From Epiperipatus broadwayi (Eukaryota > Animalia > Onychophora), in the NCBI GenBank assembly GCA_028023455.1, contig JAQFVV010000009.1, positions 7,192,001-7,256,000 of the forward strand: a stretch of DNA of 64,000 nt, in the 5' to 3' direction. Each line of letters opens with the position of its first letter. Positions within the stretch are counted from its first letter, which is position 1. Shown piece by piece: positions 26,843-40,020 of the stretch. The notes below the pieces were generated by a model that ran no database searches, was not told where the DNA came from, and worked only from the letters and a program-made list of their open reading frames with translations. A program made the position numbers and the translations under genes.

Positions 26843-28372
26843 ATGGTTAGTATAATTGGCTCGGTGGAAGCTTTTGATCCAGGATTCCCTGAGAACTGGT
26901 CAAGCTACAAATAGCGCCTAATTTTCTATATGCAGATCAATCAGATAAAGTCTGAAATAAAATTAGCGATGCTGATAACGATAATCGGGTCGCAGACGTA
27001 TAATATATTAAAATCGCAAATTGGGTCAGAAACTCTGGCTGACTTGAATTTTGAGAAGGCGTTGGCAATTCTCACGGAATATTTTTCCCCCAAACCGTTA
27101 ACAATAATGCAGAGATATTATTTCAATCTCTGCACACAGGCGGAGGGAGAAAAAGCTAGAGAATTCGCCACGCGAATCCGAACATTAGCACTTACGTGCC
27201 AATTTAAAGAGTTCTTAAATGAAGCACTACGTGATCGTTTCTTTTGTGGCATGAACAATCATAATTTAAGACTCAAGCTGTTAATGACACCGGATATAGA
27301 TTTTGAAAAGTCTGTAACTTAAGCCACGCTGGCAGAATCTATAGCATGTCAGGCAAAGCCATTACATAAAATGAATTATACTGTTCAAAAAGTTGAACGT
27401 AAGGCTGAGTCTGACAAGCACTCAGCTCAACAACAACAATGAGTGTAAAGCGTTATAGATGCGATGAACCGATCCACGTGCAAACAGAATGTCCACATCT
27501 CCATACTGTGTGCTCATTTTGCAAGCGTGTAGGTCATATAAGAGCGGCTTGTCTAAATTTAAAAAGACAAACAGCCAATATGAGAATGGAAAAAACCATT
27601 CCAAAAAACAACAAAGGCAACTATAAGAAAAATAAACAAGTTGCCAGTATAAATCACATTAAAGACAATCAGTCTGGATTTATACATAGTATAATAATTA
27701 ATGATATGCCAGTGAGAATGGAACTAGACACAGGGTCTGCAGTGTCTATTGTTTCAAAAAAGACTTGGGCTATCATTAATAAAAATAATAAACATAATCT
27801 GCATCCTAGCACTAGGACTATAACATTATCAGGGTAAAAAAATAAAACTCCTGGGTCAGATAAGAGTTAAAATTACCATGCCTAACAAAACTAGACACCT
27901 ACCACTGGTAGTGTCAGGTGATCACAGCAACTTGTTAGACCATGACTGGTTCTGTCACTTAGGCTTTGCAGTGACAAAAATGAACCAGATCACAGCATTA
28001 AGTAAATTAAAACCTAAAGTCAACAAAAAGCTGATAACAAAAATGGATATGGAAAATTGGAACACCAGAACACCACTAGCTTTGCAGACTAAAGTGCTAT
28101 GCAGAATGTTTAGAGGACCCACTAAATGGATTCCAGCAGTTGTGATCCAACAGAAAGGACTCCACAGCCTTATAGTCAAGACAGCAGATGGATGTCAACA
28201 TCATCGCCATCGAGATCAACTGAGACTGAATTATACTGATGCAGCCACAAGGAATGAAGCTCCAAAGACATGCAGTACAAGCAAGGGGGACCAACAAACC
28301 GAAGACAACAGCAAACCAGCACCAGAGCGCTTTAGTCGTCCTCCAGCACACCTGCATGACTATGTTCTCTAG
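26843..28372 (+). pseudogene. gag + aspartic protease fused to the integrase C-terminal tail; stops and two frameshifts
   Basis: MVSIIGSVEAFDP..NW, FNLCTQAEGE, LRDRFFCG, two zinc knuckles (RYRC..H..C, CSFC..GH..C), ELDTGSAVSIV, then KWIPAVV..G..VKTADG..RHRDQLR; no RT, RNase H or integrase core. Confidence 0.92.
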
Positions 28373-28386
28373 GATAAATTTTAGCC

Positions 28387-28397
28387 AGGGGGAGGGA
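28387..28397 (+). promoter_or_regulatory. Polypurine tract
   Basis: AGGGGGAGGGA immediately before the 3' LTR TG. Confidence 0.9.
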
Positions 28398-29014
28398 TGT
28401 TATAGTCCTCCCTTCTCTCAGAAGTAGACTTCCAGATGCCGCCTTATCTGATAGGATTAAGCATTGTTTGCCACAGGCCAATAGGCTGATGTATAGATAA
28501 AAGCATAGCCAATGAGCAATGATGCTTGCTGAATCCGAAGATTTTCAATTTGGTCAGGAATCTGGGTATAAATAGTCAGCCTTTTGTGAGGATCAAGGAA
28601 GAACGTGTCTAACCTGAACAGACTCTTTGCGTTCTCCCAGGAAACTGCTAACATAAACAGCAGCAGATATTCTCATTGATAGCACTACGCTATTTAGATC
28701 TATGCAGCTAGGCAAGTCCCACAGAGACCGGACGCTGCTAAGATCACACTCAGCTCGAGGCAAGCTATCTTGTACAGCTGGAAGAGTCATTGACCCTACC
28801 CATGAGGCAAGACATAAGGTGTGGCTGGAAGCAGCAGGAAAAACCTAGAGTTCACGTTAAACTCCAATATTCAACTTATAAATATTCATTTGTATACTGT
28901 ATATTGTTTGTATATATTTGTACATAATAAATATATTAAATTATAATACTTGTTTCAGTATTATTTTATATTATTTACTGTTAGTTGAGTCTGTAATCCT
29001 GACCAAACACAACA
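28398..29014 (+). repeat. 3' LTR (617 bp)
   Basis: About 30 substitutions and 3 indels versus the 5' LTR by manual count. Confidence 0.96.
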
Positions 29015-29049
29015 GTTACATTTATATATATGCAAATTTTTTTTTTCAG

Positions 29050-29115
29050 CATTCTCAAGAATATTTGTCTGAATCTATTCATCGCTTGGAAGAGAAATTA
29101 AAACATAATTCTAAG
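29050..29115 (+). CDS. DZIP1: DZIP1 exon
   Basis: ttttcAG acceptor, GTAAAT donor; 66 nt, HSQEYLSESIHRLEEKLKHNSK matches DZIP1 HSQEFL..LEERL. Confidence 0.95.
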
Positions 29116-29694
29116 GTAAATATTCTTTATTGAAATTTTTTGTAGTAGATTACTTGATAATTTGTAATTAATTATAGAATGAAGTCAAAGATGTTTGAAC
29201 GGAGAGATGATAAATTTTAGTTTTAAAATTACCCAAGAATGATTGCCTGATGATGATGATGATGACTTACAGTAATAGAATAGTAATAAAAAAATCTAAC
29301 ATTTCTACAGTGATTGAGAGATGGAATTTTGTGCTTATTTATAATACTTCATGGGTTTACAATGAATAAATATGGGTTTGACAAACATGTAATGTCATAA
29401 CTAGAAATCTTTTTTTATTTATTTATTAATTATAGTATTGTTCTTATATTAGATTTTATATTTAGTTTTATTTTTCCTCTAAAAATTCTTTGTAAGGATA
29501 ATCTGTATCTTTTTAAATTGTTTCATTCATATAATTTAAGTAAGATGTTCAAGAGCGCAAAGTAGAGATTTTTTTTTTGTTTCAATTGAAAGTTTGAATA
29601 TAGTTGTAATAATATTTTAAAATTGAGCTTAATACATTTTAGATAATGCACTTGAAACAAAAAAACTGAAAACTTGATTTAAATTAGAATAAAA

Positions 29695-31285
29695 TAAAGT
29701 TAGTTTACAAGTTACTTTAAAGTAAAATTATATATATTAAAGAAAGTTCCTTTATAATATAGTTTTGTTAAGCTTTTTTTTTTTAAAAAAAAAGATTTTT
29801 CAAATGAAAAGAAGAAATGACAAACCCCTTTTAACAGAAAGGCTGTCTTCATATTTTAAGTAACTTAATGATTTATTATACACATATATAATAATATATG
29901 CATATTAAATCTAATATATACATAAGAGATATACATATTAACTTGTTGCACTTATTGCAAAAATATCAAGTGATATATATATAAACTATAAGTGTTCAAT
30001 TGATTTAAAGTAAAATCATACATATTAAATAAAGTTAGTTTACAATATAGTTTTGATAAGCATTTTTTAGGAAAAGAAAAAATGTCAAATACTTGTCACC
30101 AGAAAGGATTTTTTTTATATTTTAAGTTACTTAATGATTTATTATACACGTATACAATTATGGACACATACTAAATAGGATAAATATATATACACCTGGG
30201 TCTCGTTTTACGCGGATTTATTTGACACGATTTTGAAGTTACGAGATTCATGTTTCTTCGGAAGTCGAACTCCGATAATGTGCTATTACTTTAAATAATA
30301 AATTTCATGCACTTATGTCATATTGAAAGTAATAGCACATTATTGGAATTCGACTTTCATCTTAGTAATTTCAATATTTTCAGTGCTTTATAATAGTAAG
30401 ATTTTATGCAATAATGAAATTAAAATCATGATTTCCACATTTTATGTATACCCACATTAAATTTTACAAGATTATAATGTAAATTTGTTCAAACATTGTG
30501 CGTGTTAATTTTGCATTTTAAATCACATTCTGTTTTTGCTTTTTAAAAAAGAATGTAATCAATTATTAATCATTTAGTGTCCGCAAGTTTATTTTTAATT
30601 ATTTTCTTATTAATGACACTAATCACGAACGTGCTCTTAAATTCCAACGAGAGCTAAATGGTTGTATGTCTGGATATCGCGAGCTTCATAAACAATTAAT
30701 AAAATCATCATCTCAAAGATTAATTACTAATTACGTTGTCACCAGAAAACCATTAACACAACATGAGAGTGAAGTTGGCGCTAGTTGTATTTCCTCTTGT
30801 GAAGAATCTGATTTTTTACCAGTTTGCAAACGAACCTGTTTATCGGCAAGTAGCGATAATAATTAAAATGTGTATAAAAAAATGTCAATTACTGTACTGT
30901 AAATTATGCATAAAAATATATTGTTTTGAATAAAATTAAATATTATAGTTAAAAAAAGTTTGTCTTGTATCAATTTTTTTCAAATTTGAAATTTTTTATT
31001 AGTCATATTTTATTTCCTTATTTTTTTTTTGCGCGAATTTTAAAGTAATTTTACGTTGGTGCTTTGCTTTTATGCGATTTTTGAAAAATCACAGTCCGTA
31101 TCCCCCCTTTTTCAAGGTAAGTTACGTCTATTTTTGCACGATTTCTTTTGCATTTTTTTTTCTGAGGAACCTATTTATCGCGTAAAACGAGACCCAGGTG
31201 TATAAGAGTTATACATATTAACTTATTGCAGAAATATATGGTGATACATATATATATAACATTAGTTTCAAGTCGAATTAAAGTA
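29695..31285. repeat. Degenerate ~330-bp tandem duplication; second unit interrupted by the Tigger derivative
   Basis: Shared blocks taaagttagtttacaa, atattttaag..acttaatgatttattatacac and taagag.tatacatattaactt occur twice. Confidence 0.75.
30193..31200 (+). mobile_element. Internally deleted pogo/Tigger DNA transposon
   Basis: Perfect 22-bp TIRs CACCTGGGTCTCGTTTTACGCG, TA TSD; residual C-terminal coding piece FQRELNGCMSGYRELHKQL..QRLITNY; internal 34-bp inverted repeat near 30264-30354. Confidence 0.9.
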
Positions 31286-31447
31286 CAATATGGTTTGATA
31301 TTTTTATTTGCTGTGCCAATATTAAAAACTTAAAAAATAAATAGAGATAAAAAATATTTTATAATAAACATATTTATTTACTGTGCGCTAAAAAGCAAAA
31401 AAAATAAAATTGTTTCTTAACCATAATTGGGGTTTTTAGATTTGGAA

Positions 31448-34400
31448 TGTCTGTGCATATAAAATATATTATAAATAAAGATCATTTATTTTTTGTAAAT
31501 ACATATAGATTATTTCAATATTAAAATTATTTCCCTTTAAAACTACTCTAGAAAATCTACAATGATACCATTACTATAAGTAAATTAAATTTAATAAAAT
31601 TTGAAGACAGTTCTAAACATTTACATACAAATTAAAGAATTGAAATTAATAAAATCTTACACAGTCAAATATGGCAAGAACTGATTGTCAACTAGAAATA
31701 TTTACCACTAAAGGATAAATCATTGAAATTTAAGCACGACCACAGTAAGAAATTAGCAGAATTATGGTTAAGAAAATGTTAAATCTTGGGTGTGGTGCAG
31801 TCACTCAAATGGAACTTTAAAGAGTTTGTTTGTATATGGAAATAGTTATTATCCAAAAGATATTTAAATTTCTAGAAGATAGTTACTTTTAAAAGGACTA
31901 TATGCATTGGTTACTAATATACATATGTTTATGTTTAAAGAGACCTAAATTGGAGACACAAATGTGTAAATTGGTTTACTCCTTGTATGCAAAATATCTA
32001 TTTAGCTTGAGGATAAATTATAGAGATTATTTGAATTAATGAACTGTCAAATTACTCATTTTTTAACATTATTCTTATTGTTAATAAATATTTGTTATAT
32101 AATTAACTGCATATTTATTTTATTACTGCCTGATTAGTATTATGGATATCCTCAGTACACAGCAGAATGGCATAGTTGACAGTTATAAAGAATTTGGAAA
32201 GAAGCAATAGATAGCACAGTTAGAATTTTGTGAAGGATCTATGTATAAATAGAGAATGGTGGTATTAAATGATTCAACATTAATGACATTGTTTCAGGGA
32301 AAAATTATGTTGAATATGTAGAGTATTATGTGTTGATAAACAAAATAGATGATGAGCATTTAAAACTGTTTACATTTTTATTTTTCACAGTTCAGGATGT
32401 TATACAGCTAGTGGTAGGACTAATTGATCCCAAATGGCCAGAGGAATTATCGAGAAATTAAATGGATATTTTTTTCTGGGAATATCAAAATGGATAGCAT
32501 GGCTAAAGTTGGAAAATAGGAAGCAATTATCTCACAAGAAATACATTGATTATGACTTAGCATTAAAAAAGTTAACTAAGGACAGCAGGTTTGTCCTTGA
32601 AATTAACAACATGTTATTTGAGCATTGTCTTATGGCATGTTGGATGAAAATTTTAGGAAAGTGTTGTTGAGTGACTCCAACTTAATTGCAAATGGACTGG
32701 ATAAGTGCATCCTACAAGAGACTATATTGAATGATGCATCAGAATATGCATTGTGATAACAATTAGAGAAAATCTCTCTTACAGTGTTAAAAAGCAGAAA
32801 AAATACTCCAGACTGCAGTAGAGAGAAAAAAAAATGAAATGTGTTATTGTGTGGTAAACCTGAACATTTGCAAAATAACTTCAAACACAAAAATAAAACT
32901 TGTAGAAATTGTTCAAAAAGGACATTTAGAATCTGTGTGCCATTTCAAGGAGCACAGAGTTATTAATAAGAAAATGTTAGACTGTAAATCTGGAGGAGGG
33001 ATAGTTAATAAGAGTAAACAGAAAGAAGTTTTGTGATAATAAAATGGACTATATATGACTGTATACAGATATTTGCTGCAAAACAATGATGGAAGTGAAC
33101 AGTGGAGCAGGTTTGATGTTAATATCTAATAGAGATTGGATAAAAAGTATATTAAGAGATCTACACTTGAAAATACAGACATGATTGCTACAGACATTAA
33201 TAGAAATAAAATAGATAGAGCTCAAATTTGAGTAAAATTCTTCACGTTGTATGTGGTAAATAAAGACTTTAGTTTATTGCTGGGAAGAAACTGGTTTCGA
33301 TATTTAGGAATTCATGTAAATGTTTCAAAGAGAGTTACAAGTTAAAATCTAATATGGAATAGATACCCAGGATTGTTTAAGTCCAGATCAGCAGAGCTGA
33401 GAACATAACCATTGAATATAGAGTTGATTAAGGATGCACAACCTATTATTTGTAAATCTCACTAGGTGTCATTTGCCTTGAAAGAAAATGTAGAGAAAAC
33501 ACTTAAGATGGTTTCTAAATAAATCTTAACACCAACAGAAGATTTGTCATGGGCCATGAATAAAAATGTTAATAAAGGTTCGTATCCTGTTCCAAGTGTA
33601 TGCAAGGTTTAGTATTACAAAAAGCTGCTTATTTCATGAAGATAGATCTTAAAGCAGCATTCCATCAGATTCCAGTATTTAAAAAAATGTCGGAAATGTT
33701 GACACTAACTACCCATAAGGAATTGTATAAATGCAATAAATTGCCCTATAGTATCACAGTAGTGCTTAACATTTTCCAGGTGAAAATGGACATTCTTTTC
33801 AAATCTATGGATAGTGTGATTTCCCATTTGGATGACATTTTGGTTACTGTTAAGGTAGAGTCAGAATTAGCTGTTAAAAGTTGGAAAAAAATGAGAGAAT
33901 AATATTGATAAATATATTTGGTCCACTAAAAAAATAAAGTTCCTTGGACATATTATAAATGCTAATGGAAAATATCCTAATCTAGACAAAGTAAAGGCAT
34001 TAAAAGCTTGAAACCAAGAAATGTAAAAGAATTGCAGGCATTTCTGAGATTTAAATTTTTACAAAAGTTTTTTAAAAGGAAAGTCACACTGGTTGGCATT
34101 GTATCATCTTTTGCTAAAAAAAAAAACACCATTGGACATGGACTAGTGAACATGATTCAGCTTTTCAAAAAGCAACATATTTTTTAACATCTGGTAAACT
34201 GTTGGTAAATTACTGGAGTCTAAATGTTATAATAATAATAGTAGATGTGTTAGAATACAGTATTGAAACTGTTATTAATTATCCATGTTATGGAGGCAAA
34301 CATCCAATAACTTTTTGCTCGACAATATTATCAGCTACTGAAAAAAATTATAGTCAGATTGACATAAAGGCACTAGCAGTGGTTTTTACCATTAAGAAAT

Positions 34401-36886
34401 TTCACCAATATATTTATGGGCAATAATTTCAATTTCGCACAGATCATCACCCACTAATGGGAATATTTGGCATTGGGAAAAATTTCCTGAATATGTTAGC
34501 CAACATATGCTATGCTGGATTAATATATTTTCAAATTATGAACTACAAACTAGTTTATAAACTGGAAAAAACAATTAGTAACACTGACACTTTGTCTCAG
34601 TTACCTGACATTAAGAAGAATGAATATGGTATTAAGTGAAGTTGAGTACTTTTAATTACAACTGAATGGACTAAGGAAGACAAAGTATACCCCAAACTAA
34701 TGAAATGAATTAAATATAGTTGGCCTAAAACTTGTCCTATGGGAGTGATAAAATTGATTTGGAAAATATGAGATAGTCTTTCAGTCTGCAATGGATATGT
34801 GCTAATGACAGATTATGACTTGCCCTCCATTGAAAACATTTGTTGGATCTTCTTCATCAAGATCATCCTGAAATCATAAGGATAAAAACTTTGACATAAT
34901 CCTATATATGGTAACGAAATTTAAGTGGTGATATTGAGTTGCATTAGCTATCAACAAATTGTCAAAATGCCACCTAAACAGTTAGAAACTTGGAGAAAAT
35001 CTGCTATCCCTTGAACACATATCCATTTAGTCATACAGGTCCCTTAAATGGATGCATAATACTAATAATAGTTGATTCATTCTTTTGTTACACAGAGTAC
35101 AGATTAGTAAAAAACATGAATGCGGAATGCACCATAGCAGTGCTGAAAGAAATGTTTGCTATTCATGAGTATTCAGAGATCACAGTAACATAATGGAATG
35201 GACTTTACTTTGCAGAAATTTAGTTTTCTTATAGAATAAAGTGATTAAGCATATTCTTACTCCACTTTATCACCCTGAGAGTAACAGAGTAGTGGAGAAA
35301 GCAGTTCAACATTTAAAGAATATGTTGAAAAAAAATAATCTAAAGGATATTAGTGAATACTATGATTAATCAACATTTTACCTTGAGTTTAGCAGAAGTT
35401 AAACTCCAGCAGAATTAATAATGTATCAAACATTCCATATTCATGTAACTAAGTTTTTGCTACCCACTATGGGAAAAAATAATAATTATGATTGTGAAAA
35501 ATTTAAATTAGGAGAAAGTGTATGTATATGCAATAATCTCAAAAGTAAATGGATGCTCAATGCAATATTGAGTTAGTTATCAAAACAATTACGACTAATA
35601 AAATTAGAAAATGGAAGGGAAATAAGATGTATAAATCACTTTCACCATCATTTGTTGAAAATAAACTGTTAATTAAAGGAATAAGGAAAGTGATAATTTA
35701 TTAGATAATCAAATTAGTGACTGGGATCATGATCAATTAGAGGATAAAAAGTAGAAGTTTTTACAAAACGAAAAACAATATAACTACTTAGATGAAAAAA
35801 GTAGAAGGAATCTCCCAAAATTTCTCATACGCAGATCTCCTGTAAAGCTTAAAGTCTGTATATGTTAGTGATCCCATTGTTTCTAGAGTAATGGAGGAAT
35901 GGAATGTCTGCGCATATGAAATAAATTGTAAATAAAAATCATTTATTTTTACTCCGAAAAAACTTAAGCAGAGTCAAACCACTATGAAAAGGTATAACCA
36001 TATAAATATATTCTCACTTAATAGCACTGAATTAACTTTTAGTAAATTCTTGGCAGAAGCATAGTGCAAAAACTATAATTTTGGTGAGAATTCACTGAAA
36101 GTTAACTCGGTGCTATTAAGTGACAATTTATCTATATGGTTATATCTTTTCATAATGGCTTGATTCAGCTCAAGTTTTTTTGGAATATTTCATTAATATA
36201 TGAAAAGAGTTTTATGTTAAAGAATTACATCATTTATTTTTGTAAATACTTACAGGTTAATACAATATTAAAATTATTTCCCTTAAAATTTACTGTTGAA
36301 AATCTATAATGGTACCATTACTATAGGTAAATTAAATTGAATAAAATTTGTATGCAAATCTAAACATTTACATACAAATTAGAGAGTTGAAATTCATGAA
36401 CTCCCTTGCAGTCAAATATGAGGGGTAAATAATTGAAATCTAACTATGACTGCAGTGAGTAGTTAGTATCTGGATTATAGTTAAAAAAATGATAAATTGT
36501 GTGTGTGGTGCAAGCTCTCAAATGGAACTTTAAAGATTTTTACTTATATACAAAAATAGTTATTATTCAAAAGACATTCCAAATGCTAGAAGATAGTTGT
36601 TTTAAAAGAACTACATACATTGGTTATTGATATATGCATGTTTGCGTTTAAAGGAATTAAAGACACAAGTGTGTAAATTGATTTACTTTTTGAGAGCAAA
36701 ATATCTATTCTACTCAAGGATAAGTTATAGAGTCTATTTGAATTAATGAACTATGAAATTATTAATTTTTTTACATTATTATTATTATTGTTTGTTAATA
36801 AATATTTGTTTTATAATTACTATGTATTTTTGTTATTTATTTTATCACTGCCTGACTGGTATTTTGGATACTTTTAGGACATAGCA
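31448..36886 (+). mobile_element. Old full-length Ty3/gypsy (Mag/K02A2.6-like) LTR retrotransposon
   Basis: Diverged LTRs 31448-32164 and 35905-36886, decayed Ser PBS tggcatagttgacag (32168), purine tract before 35905; gag knuckles near 32840-32940, RT (KIDLKAAFHQI, HLDDILVT), RNase H (EKNYSQIDIKALA, FRTDHHPL), integrase (GPLNG..IIVDS). TSD not convincing. Confidence 0.9.
35951..36228. mobile_element. Fold-back insertion in the 3' LTR with a 13-bp TSD and an HHR 3'-half remnant
   Basis: Arms 35954-36050 and 36087-36183 (~83% by eye); TSD atcatttattttt at 35938-35950 and 36229-36241; the 5' LTR shows the empty site; gtga-gaat-tcac-tGAAA-gttaac-TC at the start of the right arm. Confidence 0.8.
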
Positions 36887-38350
36887 AGATTGAATTTAAA
36901 ATAAAGTGAGGAAGATCCAGAAATTAATTAAGTTGATCTCCATTTTTTATAACAAGGAATTGACTTAATTTTGGACCCCCTCCCCCATGCTTTTATTTCA
37001 AGTTCAATCTAAAAACTAATTGTAGTTAAAGAAACAATTATTTTTTTAGCTTTTTAGTGCATGGTTAATAAAAGCATTTATTATAAAATATTTTTTATCT
37101 TTATTTATTTATTATTGTCTTTCTTCATTCACTTGCTTTTTTCAATTTTTTTTGGTTTTATTACTAACATCTTTATATATTTGTTCTGTGTGCTTTAGCA
37201 AAGTGGGTTGTCTCAAGACTTAAAGGCTTCAATGTTAATTTTCAGCTAAATTAATTTTTAAAAAAAGTCAGTTATGGCTAATCTGCCTCTTGTGTCCAGG
37301 AAATTGTTTTGAGTCTAAACAGCTAACTATATGATTATTAACTTTTATATATTTTAATTATTCAAAAAAAGAGATGGGGAAGGGGGATATAATCAAAAGT
37401 GAGTAGTATAAAACATAAGTATCATGTCTAAACTGATAGAATATATAATCTTCAGCAAAGATTTGAAATGAAAGGCATTGTTATTTTCATAGCCTGAGTT
37501 TGAATACCGTACAGAAAAAAGTTGAAAGTTTTTTAACTTCTTATGAAACTATTTGTCGAATAATGGTAAGTAAATAAACAACTGCGAAAAAAATGTTTAA
37601 ACATTATTTTCTGATAGTTAGAAAAATAAAAAATATGTTAGTATATGTGGCCAAATAAAAGTGTATTTGATTTTTTAAAGTTTTGAAGCATAATCTATTT
37701 TGTAATTTTTAATTTGGTATTTTATTTATTTGAATATTTTTGCAGAAAAAAATTCAGTGTTCTGATAATAAGGTAAGATTATCAAAAGTATAATTTTATA
37801 TGCACAAATGAAAGATTTATTTAATCATTTGTTATGGTCGTCTGATAAAGCACCCACTTATCACTTTTTTTTATTGTTAAACAAAAGCCGTTTTTTTTAG
37901 ATTATTACATTGCAATTGTTAATACATATATAGTAGACAAGACTTGATTAATTTAGTTACGAATTATAATTTTTCACTATTTTAGATATAATTTTTGTTA
38001 TCAGCAAAACTTGCTAATTTTTTTTAGCCATTATTTATGTAATTTTATATACACATATATAAGAGGGTTTTTTTTTCAGTTATAAAATATTACTATAAAG
38101 TAATCAATGTTTATGAAAATGTTTGTTTCTTCATATTTGTATAAATTAATGAATCTATTCATTAAAAAAAATTGTTGACAAGTTATCATTTTTAATTAAT
38201 GTACAAGATATATATACTTTTGCATGATTAATTATTGCCTTTTAATATAAAATAGATAAGCAAAATTTTTTATACCCATTTCAAAAATATATATTGAGGT
38301 GGGGACTAAAATTTGAACCTTTTCATAAAATTTAAAATAAGTACAAATGT

Positions 38351-38574
38351 CACTATGATGGTCAAATATCCAATATAATTTATTTGTCCATAATGTTGTC
38401 ACAAACACATAAATAAATAATCAATCAAACAAGATTGAAACAAACAACTATTAATAAGTACATTTAAATATTTATCAAACTGGCTCATTGGAGATGAAAG
38501 CCGGTTTGATAAATATTTAAATGTACTTATTAATAGTTGTTTGTTTCAATCTTGTTTGATTGATTATTTATTTA
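38351..38574. mobile_element. Near-perfect hairpin insertion with a 13-bp TSD
   Basis: 76-bp arms 38410-38485 and 38499-38574 (one mismatch), 13-nt loop; direct repeat taagtacaaatgt at 38338-38350 and 38573-38585. Confidence 0.85.
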
Positions 38575-40020
38575 AGTACAAATGTGTCTATGGATCGAAA
38601 TAAGCATGCAGCATACATATCATATAAATTTTTTTTTTTAAAAAAAAAAATGAAAATTGTAATTTGAAATTAAATTTTGAAATTTGTAATATTTTTAAGA
38701 AGAAAAGATACAATTTTTTTTCTTTGAATTTGTTTTTGGAAAAATTATTATTTTCATGTACCACATAATTACTTTAGCAATTATTAATTTTTTGGGAGTT
38801 AAATGGCATGTGGAATGTTAATAAACAGCAAAATGTTGTTTTTTTTAAAAAGAAAAGAGAAAAGGTTTATAAGTGTTCTGAGAATGGATTAATTATGTAT
38901 ATTTTTTGTTAGTTATCTAATCAACGTAAAACAAATCTTATATTGATTCCAGGTACAAGATTTACCTTTTGTTTCTAGCCAAATCCAACTATGGATTTAT
39001 TGGAAAAAATTTTAATTACAGGACTATTTAAAGATAGTCTGAATAAAATGGAATTTTTTTTAGTGTTATTATTATTATTTTTTTTTAATGCAAGATTGAA
39101 ATGAATATGGGGGGAGGGGGATAGTGGCCACCTGCATGATGAATCGGCATTTTTTTTAGAAAAAAAAGAACTTATAAGAAGAAAAGTTGGAATCTAAAAG
39201 AAAAAAATCTGATATCCTATTTTCATAATCTGGAGGTCACCTGAAATGTCCCTACGTTGTTTTAAAATGGACAGTAAAATTAAAATCTTAAGTAAACCAG
39301 AGTTGTGGAAGAGTTAACTAAGGTGGTTGATTAAAAACAGAAAGAATTGAAATAATTAGTCTTTTCATTATAAAGTATTTCTTATGGATAAACTGTATAA
39401 AGTGCAGAATAATAAGAATTATGGAGTAGAGATCACTAGAGTATACTAGACTTGTCATTTGCAATTGTTATGTAATCATATTGCTTCTAGTCCCACATTC
39501 TGCTGCAGGATCATTGTCTGTCAAACTGAGTTCCTCGGAAAAGAAATGAAAAGACATTTATATGTGAGCTGCCTGTGCCTGAAAGTTTGATGAGAACACC
39601 ACAGAAGACCATACAAACTTTAAATTTACATGCCTATCAATAAGCTTATGTATTTTGTAATATTATTCCTGGGAATTAAGGTAAACAATTTGTTTGTTTG
39701 GTTTTTTATTATTTTATTTCAAATGTATTTTTATCCTTATATATATATTTTCACTCATAGAATATTACTTGTGTGATAAATTAGGAATTTTTGACTGATT
39801 ATTTTTTTTTCTTATGAATGGATGTGAAAAATATACATCCATGTATGTGCATATCAGTGACGAAACGTAACTTTTTTAGGAACATAAGCAACACAATCTT
39901 CTTTTTATAATGGTTTTATTTTACTTGCCACAATAATTTTTACATAATAGCTAATATAAACATTTTAAATACATCTAGAAAAATCTGGAACTCTCTTACT
40001 GATATTTTTATTTTCTAAAT

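Larger units (their letters stand above)
25735..29014 (+). mobile_element. Internally deleted Ty3/gypsy (Mag/K02A2.6 clade) LTR retrotransposon
   Basis: TG..CA LTRs 25735-26372 and 28398-29014, 5-bp TSD GTTAC (25730-25734, 29015-29019), PBS, PPT, gag-protease-integrase tail only. Confidence 0.96.
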
